From assembly GCA_050230475.1 (NCBI GenBank), contig JBFLGF010000011.1:62001-118811 (forward strand): a DNA stretch of 56,811 bases. Direction: 5' to 3'. Each line of letters begins with the position of its first letter. The first letter of the stretch is position 1. The notes below the pieces were generated by a model, which saw only the letters and a program-made list of their open reading frames with translations, made no database searches and was not told the origin of the DNA. Positions 1 through 12,832 of this stretch are shown piece after piece. Origin of the DNA: Ancylonema sp. Taxonomy: Eukaryota. Made by a program: the position numbers and the translations under genes.

Positions 1-282
1 TCGCCTTTGGATCTCGTTCAAATTGTTCAAGTGATGTAGCGATGTCGTCACTGACAAGTGCATGAGTAGCATGACTGCCTTCTTTGATCTTTTGCGGAAG
101 CTTCACATCAAGTGTATACTGCTCCATTTTTGCTTCATTTGTTGGCCAGTGTTCTCGTATCTGGCTGTATCAGTTGGAATATTCTCTGTTCCTTTGCAGA
201 TCTCAAAGCACTCGGCATCATCAAGAGTAGCTGAGGCCTTAGATCTCCATGCTTGAAAGGTAACTTTATCTCCGTCCAGAAT
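1..282 (-). pseudogene. Degenerate Ty1/Copia gag N-terminus, running off the window edge
   Basis: Minus strand reads ILDGDKVTFQAWRSKASATLDDAECFEICKGTENIP..., then after a stop/frameshift ...LVSDDIATSLEQFERDPKA. This resembles the Copia gag start (LDGxxY/FxxW...GTE) and directly follows a tRNA-iMet PBS. Confidence 0.65.
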
Positions 283-292
283 GCACTACCGT

Positions 293-304
293 GCTCTGAT
301 ACTA
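293..304 (-). promoter_or_regulatory. Primer-binding site (tRNA-iMet type) of the Copia element
   Basis: Minus strand TAGTATCAGAGC is one mismatch from the canonical TGGTATCAGAGC and lies 1 nt from a ...CA LTR end. Confidence 0.7.
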
Positions 305-305
305 T

Positions 306-552
306 TGTGAGAACTTTCTTCTGCCATCGATGCAAGAATAAAATTCACTTCTTCTTCATCTCTTTAAATCAAGCAGATCACGTCATTACAAACGTTGACA
401 CAACAAAAGTGCAAGTTTGAAGTAGAAAGTATTGATTGCAGAATTCAGCATGCAAGCTCAGACCTAGTACAGTCGATTGCTGCCTAGTCAAAGAATCTAC
501 TGCTATCGAAACTACTTCGTCAACTGCCAATCATATCTAAGCATTTGCCACA
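306..552 (-). mobile_element. Putative 5' LTR of the Copia element
   Basis: Starts TGTG next to the PBS and ends at ...CACA (552), giving TG...CA termini. The right boundary is tentative because the second LTR is outside the window. Confidence 0.45.
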
Positions 553-1449
553 TTAACTAATTCTTATCGACACTTATGCGAGATGGCCAAGTAATCATTG
601 AAACAAGGACATCGGCCTGCAGCCAGCCGGTGCAGCGTGCCTGCAGCCTGCATTTGCTGAATAACGACAAAACTAAAGCTAAATTTCCGGTATTGCTAAA
701 ATCGATATAACGACAAAAGTTCACAGCCCCTAAAAACTAACAAATATAACTGACAGTTTTCGTGAAAGAGTGAACGTGTCTTGTAAGGTGGTTGGACATA
801 CGATTTTTTTGGGCATTACTGCACAATGCACAAGATAATTCATTCACGAAAGTACCCAAAATGTAGACATAAGTTACCTTACTACCGCCGTTCCAGCATT
901 GGAGCCCCTAAGGAAGAATCGGACGGCCCCGGGTTCGCGGTTCGTGCAACTATGCCGTCTCATTAAAATCTCAACCTGTGGTAATATTTACGCCAAGCTT
1001 TGTGTGACAAGCCAAGCTTTGTGTCTACAAACCCTTTCAAGGTGCCCTTTGACCACCAACCCCATCTCACATCGTCATGTCTCCCGCAATCGTTGCTCCA
1101 AGAGAAATCCCCTACAATTCCGAAATTCTGAAATTCCGAAAATTCCGAAATAAATTCCAAACGTATCCTACCACCGCCGACATTATGGTCTACGAAGATA
1201 GACCTCGGTCAGGAATCGGGACCTCGGAACTCCCGTTGGCCGGTCTGTGCCCCTTCAATGCAAGCTACAGAGGACCGGACCACTATGAGTTTTGCCATAT
1301 GTGTAATCACAGAATCGTACATATGAAAATAGTGAATAAATTATATCTCTGATGAAAATAGTACATAATACCTCCTATCGGTGTCACAACTTTGCATCAA
1401 ATGAAAAATCCAAATGGGGTAAAATGAACAATAGACCAGGCACATGTAT

Positions 1450-3350
1450 GACAAACTAACCAGATAAGGTTGTCTACCCAAGGTATGACTCGTCAACCCT
1501 ATTTTTGTAAACGCGAAGAGCAAGTACATAATGCCAAGGCCTTCTCGTCGTCTTTTAGTCGCCAGACCAGTCTGCGTCCCCAGTTTGCACATCTGAATGC
1601 AAACGTCGGATAACGGATAAATGTTGCACACAAAATGTTGCATTTCGTTACGTAAAATCCTCTCCGTATCCCACTATACGGATACATCCCTACGCATGCA
1701 AAGTCGTCTGAAAATTATATTTTATTCTGAGGCTCTACTCCACACGCAGAGGAGCACACCTAACCACATTCACATACAGAAAACCACTTTGCACAACCGG
1801 ATTTGATAATGGCTTCAACATCCAAGAAATCTTTCCCCAAAGCTCTAAAAGTTGCAGCGTTGAAACGACTTCTAATCATGTTGCTGGTGTGACTATGCTT
1901 TCCAGAAATGCGGGGACATTACCCTCGGCACAATCAAAGGCCAACAACTTTTCCACCAATGCCTGCGCGACACGAAACATACCTCAAAGGTCAATATCTG
2001 CCATGGAAGAGTTGAAAGCTACACAAGATTTTGAAGACCTCAGTCCTGACCTTAGACCTTGATGAACACCTCCACAACAACTGGTATCCACAATTCGTGA
2101 AACACACCTTTGTATTCTATTGTGTTGTGGAAATTTCTGTGTAGTTGTAGCGACACTCCTTGTATGTGAGATCATTAGATAAAACGCGCATTTCTTCTCT
2201 TCTCTCTGTGGGTACCTGAGATCATTCATCCATTTGATGCGATTATTTTCTCTACTCTCTGGAGTGTCTCCTCACCTTGAAGTTGTTGTCCTTCTCGTGG
2301 ACACCTTTGCTCTCCAGTCTATCTACCTCCCTTCCTTCCTTGAGGGCGCCACAAACATCCTGAGCTCGGCTCACAATCTCCTGAGGGACACCTGGAGGCA
2401 CGGACACCGACAGCGATCCATTGTCAAGCTTGTGGCCATCTCAGGAAATAGAAACAAACGAAAACGTGTTTAAAGAGTTGCATGTCCGATTCAGCCCAGG
2501 CATGTAAGGATGCGGATCGGCAGTACCATCGACAGAACCAGGTTCCCCCGAGATCTAGGGTAAATAAGAACGACTACTCCACCAACTTCTGCCTCCAACC
2601 TGCGGGTTTATAACACCACCGCTTTGGCCACAGGGCACTGATTTCAGAGACTCCAAAAAGTTCGATATGATCATAATTAAGGCTGTTCTGACTCTATTTT
2701 CTCGTTCCTCCGCCCTTCATTGTACATGGACTCCCCGAAATGGACTCTACCTGCCAGCTGGGCGCAGTGCACACCATAACTTTCCACTGCTTTCCCTGGC
2801 ACCAACCTGAAAACCAATAGGTCACATCCCTTCAGATACTTTCAGTGAAGCCCTGGGTGGCATAATCACCTCCAGCAACAGAGGTATGACAGGCTGCCTC
2901 TACGCAGAGTAACGAAGTTAATGAAACCAGATGATCAGCCGACCCGGAGATGTGAATTCCAATAGTTGAAAATAACTTTCTTGTGCTTACAATGACGATC
3001 TACACAAGATTCGGAATACATCCAGACAAGGGTAAGAAAGGTCCAAAAGCAGTGCGGAGCTTTCTTACCGGTACAGGAACACCAGATCTTCAAGCAACTT
3101 TTGTTTGCGGTCCTTAGTCGGGCGGTTCGAGTCACTGGGCTCCAGGACACTCATGGTGTGGAACGCGATCTGCTTCAGTTGCGATGCAATCCCCCGCAAA
3201 ATACTGAGTCAACATGCAAGCCACCCAAAATCTTCCACAGGGGTTCATAATGTATCCCCTGTTATCGCCCTTGAGGGGGAATGAGAATGGAGCCATCTCA
3301 GAAACCATCTTATGGGGTNAGTTGTTTGGCAAATTTGGTACCAATGGTCA
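1450..3350 (-). mobile_element. Highly decayed Mutator/MULE-like transposase remnant
   Basis: Fragments occur in MULE order on the minus strand, with many stops and frameshifts: KSCLKIWCSC..HCFW..HC (MuDR-like), LFKHVFVCF, ESRENNRIKWMNDL, LMISH..FPQH..RC, TSNM..FNA, and a terminal CTC...H (SWIM-like). Confidence 0.4.
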
Positions 3351-5276
3351 CGTTCTCTGCACCTGGATCGAATATTGGTAGAGAAGGTGTTTCTCCACCA
3401 ATAGTGAGTATTGATTGACTGTTGTCAACAGTTGGTATATGCCAGTTGGTTGTCAACCTAGCGGTGCAAGGGATCACCGGTGGTTTGGTGTTTTGTGGTC
3501 CCATTACAGAGAGTGCCATCGGTGGTTGTGACATCTCCGCCTGTCTGTGGTAATCATGTGGTGGGTGGTGGTATGTCACCTTGAGGTGAGTCAAGTAACA
3601 AATTTCGTCGTCGTGGACAGTTGGTCATTGTATGTCCTGTTTGTCCACAGAAACAACTTTGTAATTCTTTTTCAATGACATCGTATGGTTCTTCAAAATC
3701 AGGTCTGTTTGGTGCCTGATGTGGTGCAGACTCGAGTGGTGTCGCAGTACGGTACCTAAGTTATGTGTTTAGTATAATCGGGCACATCAAATCAAGTGTA
3801 CCAACCCACAAACAGCACATCCATAAATTATCCATACCCACCGATTTGAGAACATTTGCAAACCTCTTTGTTTGTAGCTTTTGAACACACCGCATTTGTT
3901 CATAAACAATCAAACTTCACCATACAGACGTGATCCCCCTCAATCTTTTGCACCCCTCTAATCTGAACACATGGTTTTTCCAACCCAGCGAAAAAACGCG
4001 CACCGTTACAATCCCCCACCACCTTTGCATACCAGAGAAAAAAAAAATTGATATATACGTGAAAGACAAAGAGATTTGATTATCACTCCGTTCATTTCCT
4101 AGCGTGTTACGCACTCCCCCCCCAGAGCACATCTCCATTTCTACTCCCCCATACACACAAATAACGGACTTCGCATTTGTACAAAAAGAACCTCCACAAG
4201 AGTTGTTGCCAGCTGGCAGCTTGTCATATCACCACCTGTCGCCTCCTGCGTTGGGGGGTGAGGCAGAGTTCCCAGAGGCTGCCAAGTGGCAGCTCTACAC
4301 CGAGGATGTCTCCCAGCAGCTGTACTCAGTGCCAGGTGGCACGCGCCAGGTGCAGGCACCTAAGAATCCCGAGAACACCTCATCTGACTGACCCTACATC
4401 CCCAAACACTCGACCCTACATCCCCGAGTACTTCTGCTCCCCAAATACTCCTCCAGAATACCGACATTCAGATTCAGATTCTACATCCCCCGCCCCCCCC
4501 CCTCGCTATGCAATCTCCTATAGAAAGGGCCTCAGTGATGACAATGACTTTCCCCTTCCCCCCCCTAAGTCTCCATGCCTATGTGTACAACAGATCCTGG
4601 CCACAGACTGAGAAGGACTAGTGCGGACAGATGGCAGAAGCAGAGACAGCGAGGGACAGGTGGCGTGTCAGGTGTCGGCTGCAGAGCTGGCCGGTCGGTC
4701 ACAGGCTGACTTGGCAAAACTCGTCATGCAGCACCTCCCTGACAGGCCTGCCACCCGGCGCCCCTCGCTGACGTGGCGATGCGGCGTGCTGACGTGGACG
4801 TTGAAGCCGTTGCTGGGACCCAGGCACCCCTCTGAATGCCAGGCTACATCCGTGCTGACGTGGACAATGACGTGGCAGGCCAGCTGGCGCGCCCTGGTCG
4901 TCTGTCGACACTTCCACCAACTTCGCTGCTGACGTGGCACCTGTTGGCGTCATTGCTGATGTGGCGCAAACGTTGGTGGGGATGACGTGGCAGAAGACCC
5001 GATCGCGAAGATGGCAGTCGCAGTCGTGAACTTCGCTTCTCTCCGAGGAAACCTTTGAATCAAGAGATCTGTTTTGCCTCTCTTCTGCCCCCTCATCCAT
5101 TTCTGCCTCAAAAGCAGCTCCCAACATAGGGCAGGCAGAACACACCAGGCAGAAATCCTCTGCCCCCACCCCCCACCTACTCAAAACCCCCCTACCCTTC
5201 CCCGTTCCTACCCCCAACCCCCAACCCCCTACCACCCCCAACTCCTCCCTGAACCCCAACCACCCCCTTCCCCCCC

Positions 5277-7741
5277 CTAAAACCCTGGGTAGGGCAGTAG
5301 GGGCCCATTGGGGGGCATATAGGGGGGCCGCATTCCCATATGAGGCATGGGGGGGGGTCGAAAATGGTTCTGCCGCGGGTCATACATCATCCCGGGCGGA
5401 AACATGGGGGGGGTCGGGTGCTGGGGGGGGGGTGCGGGATGCGGTATAAAGGGGGTGGGGTGGTCCATTATCCCCCCTTGGGCCATTCTCCCTGGCATGT
5501 TCCCTGGGGGGGCCCCCATGGGCCCGCCAAAGGGCATCCCCTGTGGCGAATCGCGATTGTCCATGGGGTTGTCCCATCGGGACAAATAGTCTCGGAATGG
5601 GGGGGGGGAGAGAACCTGTTTGGGGGTTGCTGGGGAGGGGTTGGGGAGTAAGGGTGGTCAAATTGGTAGAGGGTCGGCCCCTGGCCCTCCCTCCCCCCTT
5701 CCCACTCCCTTCCCCCTTCCCTCGTCTCCCTTCCCCCAAACCCTAAAAAGGGCTCCGGATTCCCCCTCCTGTTCTGCATGCCGCCCTGGTTCCCTTCTAC
5801 CATCCCAACCCCCTCCCCATTTCTCTGCCTCCCCCTCTCCTCCTCCTCCTCCTGTTCCCCCTGCCTCCTCTCCCTCTCCTTCTCCCTCTCCAGATCCCCG
5901 TACGCCATTTCCCTCATGTAGTCATCACTACCCTCCCCCCCCCCCCTGCCCCCCCTTGGGGTACCTGAACAACTGAGGCTGCCCATCCTCTGCCCCTCCC
6001 CCCCCCCACCCCCACCCCCACCCCTCCCCTCCTCCCCCCCATTCCCAGCCCCCACTATTTCCCCATTCCGGGCCGCATACGAGTCCTGCTCTCTGGCAGG
6101 GGGATGGGATCTCCCCCCCTCCCCCTCCTCCCTCCCCCTCTCCGCGCGCCCGCGCTCCCTACTGCGCCCTCGCTCCCTGCTGGGCGCGCTCTCCCTCGAG
6201 TCCCCCCTCCGCTTCCTCTCTCTGGCTGCCCTCGCCTTCCTCAGTCTCTCCTCCAGCACCTCCACTGACTCCTCTCCCGTCCCGCCCCCCCTATCCCCAC
6301 CCCCACTCCCCACCCGCGGCTGGGATCGCTCGGGTCTAGGGGGCGTTCTGGCCCCGTTCCCACTCCCGGCTCTGGTTTCGGTTCTGGTTCCGGTTCCGGT
6401 TCCGGATCTGGGTCTGGGTTCTTTTGATGCTGTTCTTGGGGGGCTGGATCTGGATTTCATTTTCGTACCCCCCCCGTTGACTGTCGCTGTGGGTTTGGGG
6501 TGGGCTCTGGGGGGGGGGACTTTTGCCGCCTCCCCTTTCTGTCGCTTTGCTGAGGAGGGTCCGGCAGATTGGGAAGATGCCTTCCTTTTCCTTTCTGCCT
6601 CCTCTGTCAGCTTCGTCTGTAGGTCTTCGGTGCGCTGAGTCAGCAGTTTTGTGGGGTACTCGTTCTCGAGGTCGCAGTCGAGGATGCATTCGATCGCGGC
6701 TTTGGTTGCCTCCAGTTCATCGGTCCAGGCATCCTGGGGGGGGGCACACACGTGTGGGAGGGGGGGTGGGGGGTGGAAGTGGGTTGGAAGCCCGCTTTGT
6801 TTTGATGATTTTTTATTTTTTCGTCGGTTTGGTTGTGAAGTGCTGTGGGGTTTCTATTTTTTGGGTTTTTCACCTGTTGGTTGTTTCTATTAGGGTGACA
6901 TTACCCTTAAGTTCTTGTCCGGAGGTTGAACCCTTCACTTGTTGTCAGCGATGGCCGAGAAAATCAAAGAGCTGAACGAAAGAAAGAGGGACCATAACAG
7001 GAAGTTCAGAAATAAAAAATAAAAATAAATCCAGAATGATGAAACTGTTTTGAGGAAAACGAAGTTCTTTTATGTAGCAAAGAAGATATGGGTTCGCTAG
7101 GTGTATACGTGTATTCATTAGTAACGCAAGAATCGTTTCTCATCAAAAAAAGGAATCGCAAAAAACTCTATCTGCCCCGATTCCAAACCTGTAGTTCTGC
7201 CGAAGTCGGACTTTTGCCCTTCCCGATGACTTTCTCCCCGTCTTCCTTCACTTTTGCCAGGTACTCCCGCAGGGCCTTCTTGGGGTCCACTGGCGGAGTT
7301 TTGCCGAAAAAGTGGCAGAATCGGAGGAGCTTCACTGGGCTTTTTTCGGGAACCATTTGCTTCACAATACCTGCACACAGGTCGGATTGTGAAAGTGAGG
7401 GTTTTTTTGGGGGTTTTTTTTTGGGTTTTTTTTGGGTTTTTTTTTGGGTTTTTAGCAAGGGAAGGAGGTTTTTAACAAAATGGGAAGGGGGTTTGGATGG
7501 TAAGGAGGTGAGAAAGGGAGGAGAAGGGAGTACCAGAACATGGCAGAAGTAGCCAGGATGTGGCAAAATGTTTTGAAAGCAGGGTACAAGTTGCCAAAAG
7601 AAGAAGGCAGAGTACCCCTACATCTAGCACCACCCAATCCGCGAGAAACCAGCAAACATACCAAAAAAAAAAGGCCAAAAATCCTTTGGACATCCAGCAG
7701 ACCCCCGCAGAACCCAACAACGCAGCAAACCTAACAAACCC

Positions 7742-7773
<32 letters not shown>

Positions 7774-10231
7774 GCAAAAATCCACGCCCGCTCTACTCAC
7801 CTTCCACCAGCCCCTCCACCCCCAGCGCCCCGCCCAGCTTCTCACTCTGCCCCAACCGTCTCCCCTGCCCCGCCGCCTTCACCAGCGCCGTCACCTCCTT
7901 GTCCGAGTACCGGTTCCGAATTCCGTACACGGCAATGAGGAGCAGCAGAACATGCGACTCCCCAGAGAGCCGGCTGTCGATCGGCTTCTCCAGACTGCTC
8001 ATCCACCGACTCGACAAAACGAACGCGATATCCGCCACCGGGGCGTCGATCTTCACCGGTGCCACGTCAGCGCGTGTGGATGCCACGTCAGCGGGGGGGG
8101 TCGGGGGGGTGCGCAGCAGGGAGTGGAGTGCCTCCAGGAGGGAGATGCAGGGCCTGATATGGGAGCGGTTCCCTCTTCGCTGTAAGTCCCCAAGGACGGG
8201 GATGAATGTGCGAACACCCGTGAGGACCAGCTTGGCAGGGGAGGGCGACAGCTGGAGGGCGGCGGGGAGCACCGCCACGTCAGCGTCTTTAGAGAGGATG
8301 AGGTCGAGCAGCACCGCCCCGTCCCCTCTCTCCACCACCGAGCGAATTCGGGAGGGAACGAGGACCGCAGCTGCTGACGTGGAGGGAGCAGGTGCTGACG
8401 TGGACGGGGCGGCTGCTGCTGACGTGGAAGGGGCAGCTGCTGCTGACGTGGAAGGGGCAGCTGCTGAGCTGGTCTTGCTTGCTGCTGGGCAGGACGGGGC
8501 TGCTGCTGACGTGGGAGGGGCGGCTGCTGGGGTGGCCTTGCCAGCTGTCGAGCCCACTGCCCCTGACTTCGATCCAACGGTCCCACCGTTGCTGGTGACG
8601 GCTGTAGGTGCGCCACCTAGAGGCTTCTCCTTGATCGGCTCCACAGCTGTCATAGCTTCAGCAGGCAGCTGGACACTACGTTCTCCACCTGTCGGTTTCA
8701 CCACGTGCATGCCAGGTGTCGCCTCCTCCTTGGCTGTTTCGGCTTGACGTGCTTGGCTAATGTCCGCAACATTCGGTAGAGAGTCGTCTACATGCGTGCC
8801 ACTTGGCACAGCCTGGGGCTCTGCATCAACAGCAGGAGATAGTACCGTGCTAGCTGGCACCACCTCCTGGACCGGTACCTTGCCAGCTGGCACCACCGCC
8901 TGGACCGGCACTTTGCCAGCTGGCACCACCTCCTGGACCGGTACCTTGACAGATGGCAGAACCGCCTCCTGATTTGCTGCGTCAGGTACAGGTTCAGGAG
9001 CAGATTCTGTATCCATATCCTGATCCGTTTCAACCTCTCTCCCGCCTTCAGCCTCTACCTCGATATCAACTGCAGGGGCCGTATCAGGTTCACGTTCATC
9101 GCCCTTCTCTTCCGATAGGGTCTCTGTTTGCACTACTACTGTCTGGTCACTAACCGTGCGGTTCTGTGCATCCGGATACCCGCCTACGGGATCACCCTGT
9201 GGCACCGGTTCTACCCCTTCTACTGCAACGGAAGTTTCCAAGACAGTCCCCGTCTCTTGGTCGGTGGGTGCCGGGGTGGGGTCCACAATTTCAGCCGCTC
9301 CTTCTTGGGGATTGGGGGACTGGGGGGGACTGGGGACGGGCGATTTCGACGCAGGTGAGGGTGGACCTGCATCGACAACCGCCATCAGCACTTGCCTCTC
9401 CTTGGCGACAGCGGCGAGGGCATCTGCCTTGAGTTTCTGAACCCTGCCTCTGGCGTCCGTCTCCTTTGCCTGCAGTGCCTCCTCTTGCTGACAAACATGT
9501 GTCAGACGTTTCTCTGCCTCCTGCTCCTTCTGAGCGACATCTCTCAGGCGGAGAGCCACCTCCTCCTCTTTCTGGTTCACAGATGCCAGAAGACGTCCAG
9601 CCTCCGCTTCTCGTAGACAGACCGTTACAAGACGATGGTCTACGTCCTCTCTTCTGCACAGAGCTGTCGAACGAAGACGCAAGTCCTCCTCTCCTAAGCT
9701 GACTGCTGCCACGCGTTGATCCACATCCTGCCAGCGCTCTAACATTTTTTCCCGCTCTGCAACCATCTGCGCCTCAAACTCCTGACTCCTTGCGTCCCAG
9801 AACTTGCCAGCCCGAAATGTCAACTCGCTCATTACCAGTCTCTTCAGCTCTGCCACGTCCTCTTGACAGCTGCCGAACAAGTCAAGCTGGGACTGGAGGG
9901 ATACTAAAGCCGACGCGATCCGACTTTCGACTCGCTCCAAAGCGGCGGTTAACATGGCGCTACCGCGCGTATCAGAATCCGAACCGTTATTCTCCACAAT
10001 TGCGCGGTCTGGTTCTGGCAGCGCAGCAACGATCTCATGTATTTCCACGTTTGACTCGTCAGCTCCACCACCCAGAAACACTAGTTCATCATCCACGCCA
10101 ACATTAGCGTCTGCATCGCCCTCGCTCATACAGATGTAATCCTCGCCATCAGTTCTCGCGACGTCACCTTCAGGTGCTGTTTCGGAAATTTCGACCGGTT
10201 GCCAATTCTCCATGCAACTCCCGTTTTCCAT
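5277..10231 (-). CDS. FRIGIDA-like protein. Exons ~10231-7801, 7370-7189, 6733-5277, with one apparent frameshift in a G-run at 5599-5608
   Basis: Frigida-domain motifs: SPAKLVLTGVRTF, RPCISLLEAL, LLLIAVYGI...LGGALGVEGL|GIVKQM...DPKKALREYL, and ELEATKAAIECILDCDLENEYP. GT-AG junctions keep the frame. The N-terminus is coiled-coil-like and the C-terminus is R/E/G- then P/M/G-rich. Confidence 0.8.
8370..8520 (-). repeat. Coding tandem repeat, ~24 bp unit (PSTSAAAA)
   Basis: Repeated GCTGCTGACGTGGA(A/G)GG units. Confidence 0.85.
8851..8948 (-). repeat. Coding tandem repeat, 33 bp x3 (KVPVQ[E/A]VVPA)
   Basis: Three copies of AGCTGGCACCACC(T/G)CCTGGACCGG(T/C)AC. Confidence 0.9.
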
Positions 10232-10566
10232 CTCGCAAAAAGAACAGAGCACTGCCTACTCCCGGCTCGCCTTTCTCAGAAGCTCTAAAGTCGCGCAGTC
10301 ATGAAAGCGGTGATCTACAGCAAGAGTAATGCACACAGCTTCCTTCGATAACTCAGTAGCCCCATAAAAAATGAGCTTCTGCAATTTTGGTCCCCTTTTT
10401 GAGCCGCAAAAGAGGCTGCAGCAGCCAAATGGAATTGCGAACCGCAAGCTCGAATATGCTAGCAGCAAGCCCGGCGAAAATGTAATACCGCCTTCTGCTC
10501 AGGGTTGTGACCTCCGCATTTTTCACCGCGGTAGGTAAAGTACCTTCCTTGCCAACCGCACCCAAC

Positions 10567-11396
10567 CGTTTCGGCTGGGCCCGACCGGGTGGCTTCTTCC
10601 CAACTGCATCTCAACCGCCGCCTGGTTGGGAAGGCGCCGCCCGGGTGGGATGCGGTTGGGCGGTCGGCAAATTGGCGAAAAACAGACGATAATTTCATCA
10701 CATCAAATTCAAAAGTTGGGTATAAAAAAATTACAAGTCCAAGAAGCACGTCAAACCAAAATCGAAGCATCAAAGTTATTTGCGACACCAATAGAATATG
10801 TATGGGAAGGCTTCTCTGCCACCGAATCCTTTCCTTCCTTCTCTGTTCCCCGGCCCTTGCATTACAACTCATATGATGTTCGTCCTGTACGTCTTGTCTT
10901 TTTGAATTCTTCTCCTAAACAATAAATGTATTTTTAGAGTAAACAACATATACGACAATGTGAACGCATTGCTATAATGTCCCCTTGTAATCCCCACATG
11001 ATCGCTCAATTAAAATGTGGAGAAGTGTGGAAAATCAAATAGAAATGGAACTTTACGAGTTTGATAACAAGATGTACTTCAACAAACACGATATATATGA
11101 AATAACACATCCTAAATGAGTATGGAATGGTTCACAAAATGAGCACGTGAATAGTAATAATTAGTCGTAGGAACCGAAAGGTATCCGAAAGGAACCTTTC
11201 ACGTATGATTTAAATATATTGAAAGAAGAATAAATCATAAGAAGTTATACGCCATGCTTATTCCCAACCGCACCCAACCGCAACCCAACCGCAACCCAAC
11301 CGCAACCCAACCGCTCCAACCACATCGCCAACCAGGTGGGGGTCGCCAACCAGGTGGGAGTTGGCCAAAAGCCACCCGGATGGGCCAACCGTTACC
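10567..11396. mobile_element. Non-autonomous DNA element with imperfect ~40 bp TIRs and CAACCG subterminal repeats
   Basis: CGGCTGGGCCCGACCGGGTGGCTT..CCAACT (left) pairs with AGTTGG..AAGCCACCCGGATGGGCCAACCG (right). The core is AT-rich and there is a (GCAACCCAACC)n array at ~11263-11320. No TSD identified. Confidence 0.5.
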
Positions 11397-11828
11397 TTAG
11401 GAGCCACCGCGCGGTTGCGCGGCTGGCCGCCGCGCGTTTGGCGCGGTTGGCCGCCGCGCTGCTGGCTGGGCTGTTTAACCCTGCTTCACCCTTTTAGCCC
11501 TGAATAATCCTAAAAACCCTGATCAACTCCAAAATACTTGTGAAAACTAATATGACGGAAGCGGAACACCTTTGGACATAGTATTAATTGACACGTCATA
11601 GTTCAGGAATTCACTTGAAATGGAAGCTCGGATGCTCGGATGCTTTTTTTAATATAAAAGTAGACAGGTTATAGACACAATATAATTATGGATAAGTTTC
11701 TATGTACCCGGAAGTACCCTTGGAAAACCGTCCCGGCGGCGAAATCAGCCGTCTTTAACCCTCGTTAGCCCTCTTTAACCCCTTTTAACCCTGATTAACC
11801 CTGATTGACCCTGGTTAACCCCGAAAAC

Positions 11829-12832
11829 CATAGATGGGTCTTTGGAGTGCGTGTCCCGCACGTGTTCCGCGCGCGCGCGAAAATCTCGCGCACGGTGCTG
11901 ACCCATAGGCGTTAAAATTATATTATTGTTGCCCGGGGGCGGGGGGGTACTTCCTGCACCCCAGGGGTGCCGGGATGTTTCCAAATTCATGAAATGTATT
12001 TGGTGAACCGGTTACAACGTGGCAGTATTCAATTTAGGGCCTAAGACGTTATACAGTGCTCCCTCGATATAACGACCCTCGATATAACGACAACCTCGGT
12101 ATAACGACGGTTTTTAGGAACTTTTTTAAAATCAATATGAAATCGCCCTCGATATAAGCATAACGACACTCTATATAATGACAAATTATTTCAGAAATTT
12201 GTTATTGAATGTCGTTATAATGTGTATAAAACGCTATTGTTTGCAGATAACAATGTATGGAAATCGAGAAAAATATAGAACCGCACCTCAAATTTAATAT
12301 AGAATTCCATACAGGTCCAATAGAATGTGCGTGTTCGGTGTTACTTTGTAACGACCTTAATACCTCCCCAACTCTCCTCGTAAAAAGTTGTGGTACATTT
12401 TGTCCATCCGCATGTATTGGTATCATGACGCACTTGTATAGCTCGTATATCAATACACACGCTGAATTTAATAAATATGCCAAGGCAACTTACTCTAGGA
12501 AACACATAATAAACACATTTGCTTATTCACTTTGCTTCATTCGTAAAGTCCCTCGATACAACGACATAGATTTCAGATTCTAGTAGTAAATGTCGTTATA
12601 CAGTGTATAACGACACTTTTATGGATTTTTTAATTGTCGTTATATCGAGAGAGCACTGTATCGAACTTTATTACACTACAAAATGGGTCAGTACTCACTA
12701 CTTAGTCACACATCGACGTCCGAAAACGATTACAAAAATTGTCCCGCTGCGGCACGCGTGCCGCACGCGTGCGCTCGCGCACGCGTGCCGCGCGCGGGCG
12801 CAAATCTTGCGCACGGTGCCGACCCATCTATG
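11829..12832. mobile_element. Putative TIR element (CATAGATGGGTC...GACCCATCTATG) hosting a nested MITE
   Basis: Perfect 12 bp inverted ends and GC-rich subterminal repeats (GCGCGCG..AAATCT.GCGCACGGTGC.GACCCAT twice). No TSD seen. Confidence 0.5.
12054..12658. mobile_element. Tc1/mariner/pogo-type MITE (family A)
   Basis: TIRs CAGTGCTCCCTCGATATAACGAC / GTCGTTATATCGAGAGAGCACTG with TA on both flanks. Internal sequence is shared with 43029-43928. Confidence 0.9.

Noticed and set aside
7560..8747. 395 aa + strand ORF and other + strand ORFs over 5000-10140
   Set aside because: Antisense shadows of the GC-rich FRIGIDA-like exons; the poly-Lys comes from an intronic A-tract.
11263..11360. Short direct repeats considered as a CRISPR array
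   Set aside because: Tandem 11-mers without unique spacers, no cas genes, eukaryotic context.
11750..11830. Interstitial telomere
   Set aside because: Units are irregular and spaced, not tandem TTTAGGG or TTAGGG; subterminal TE motifs fit better.
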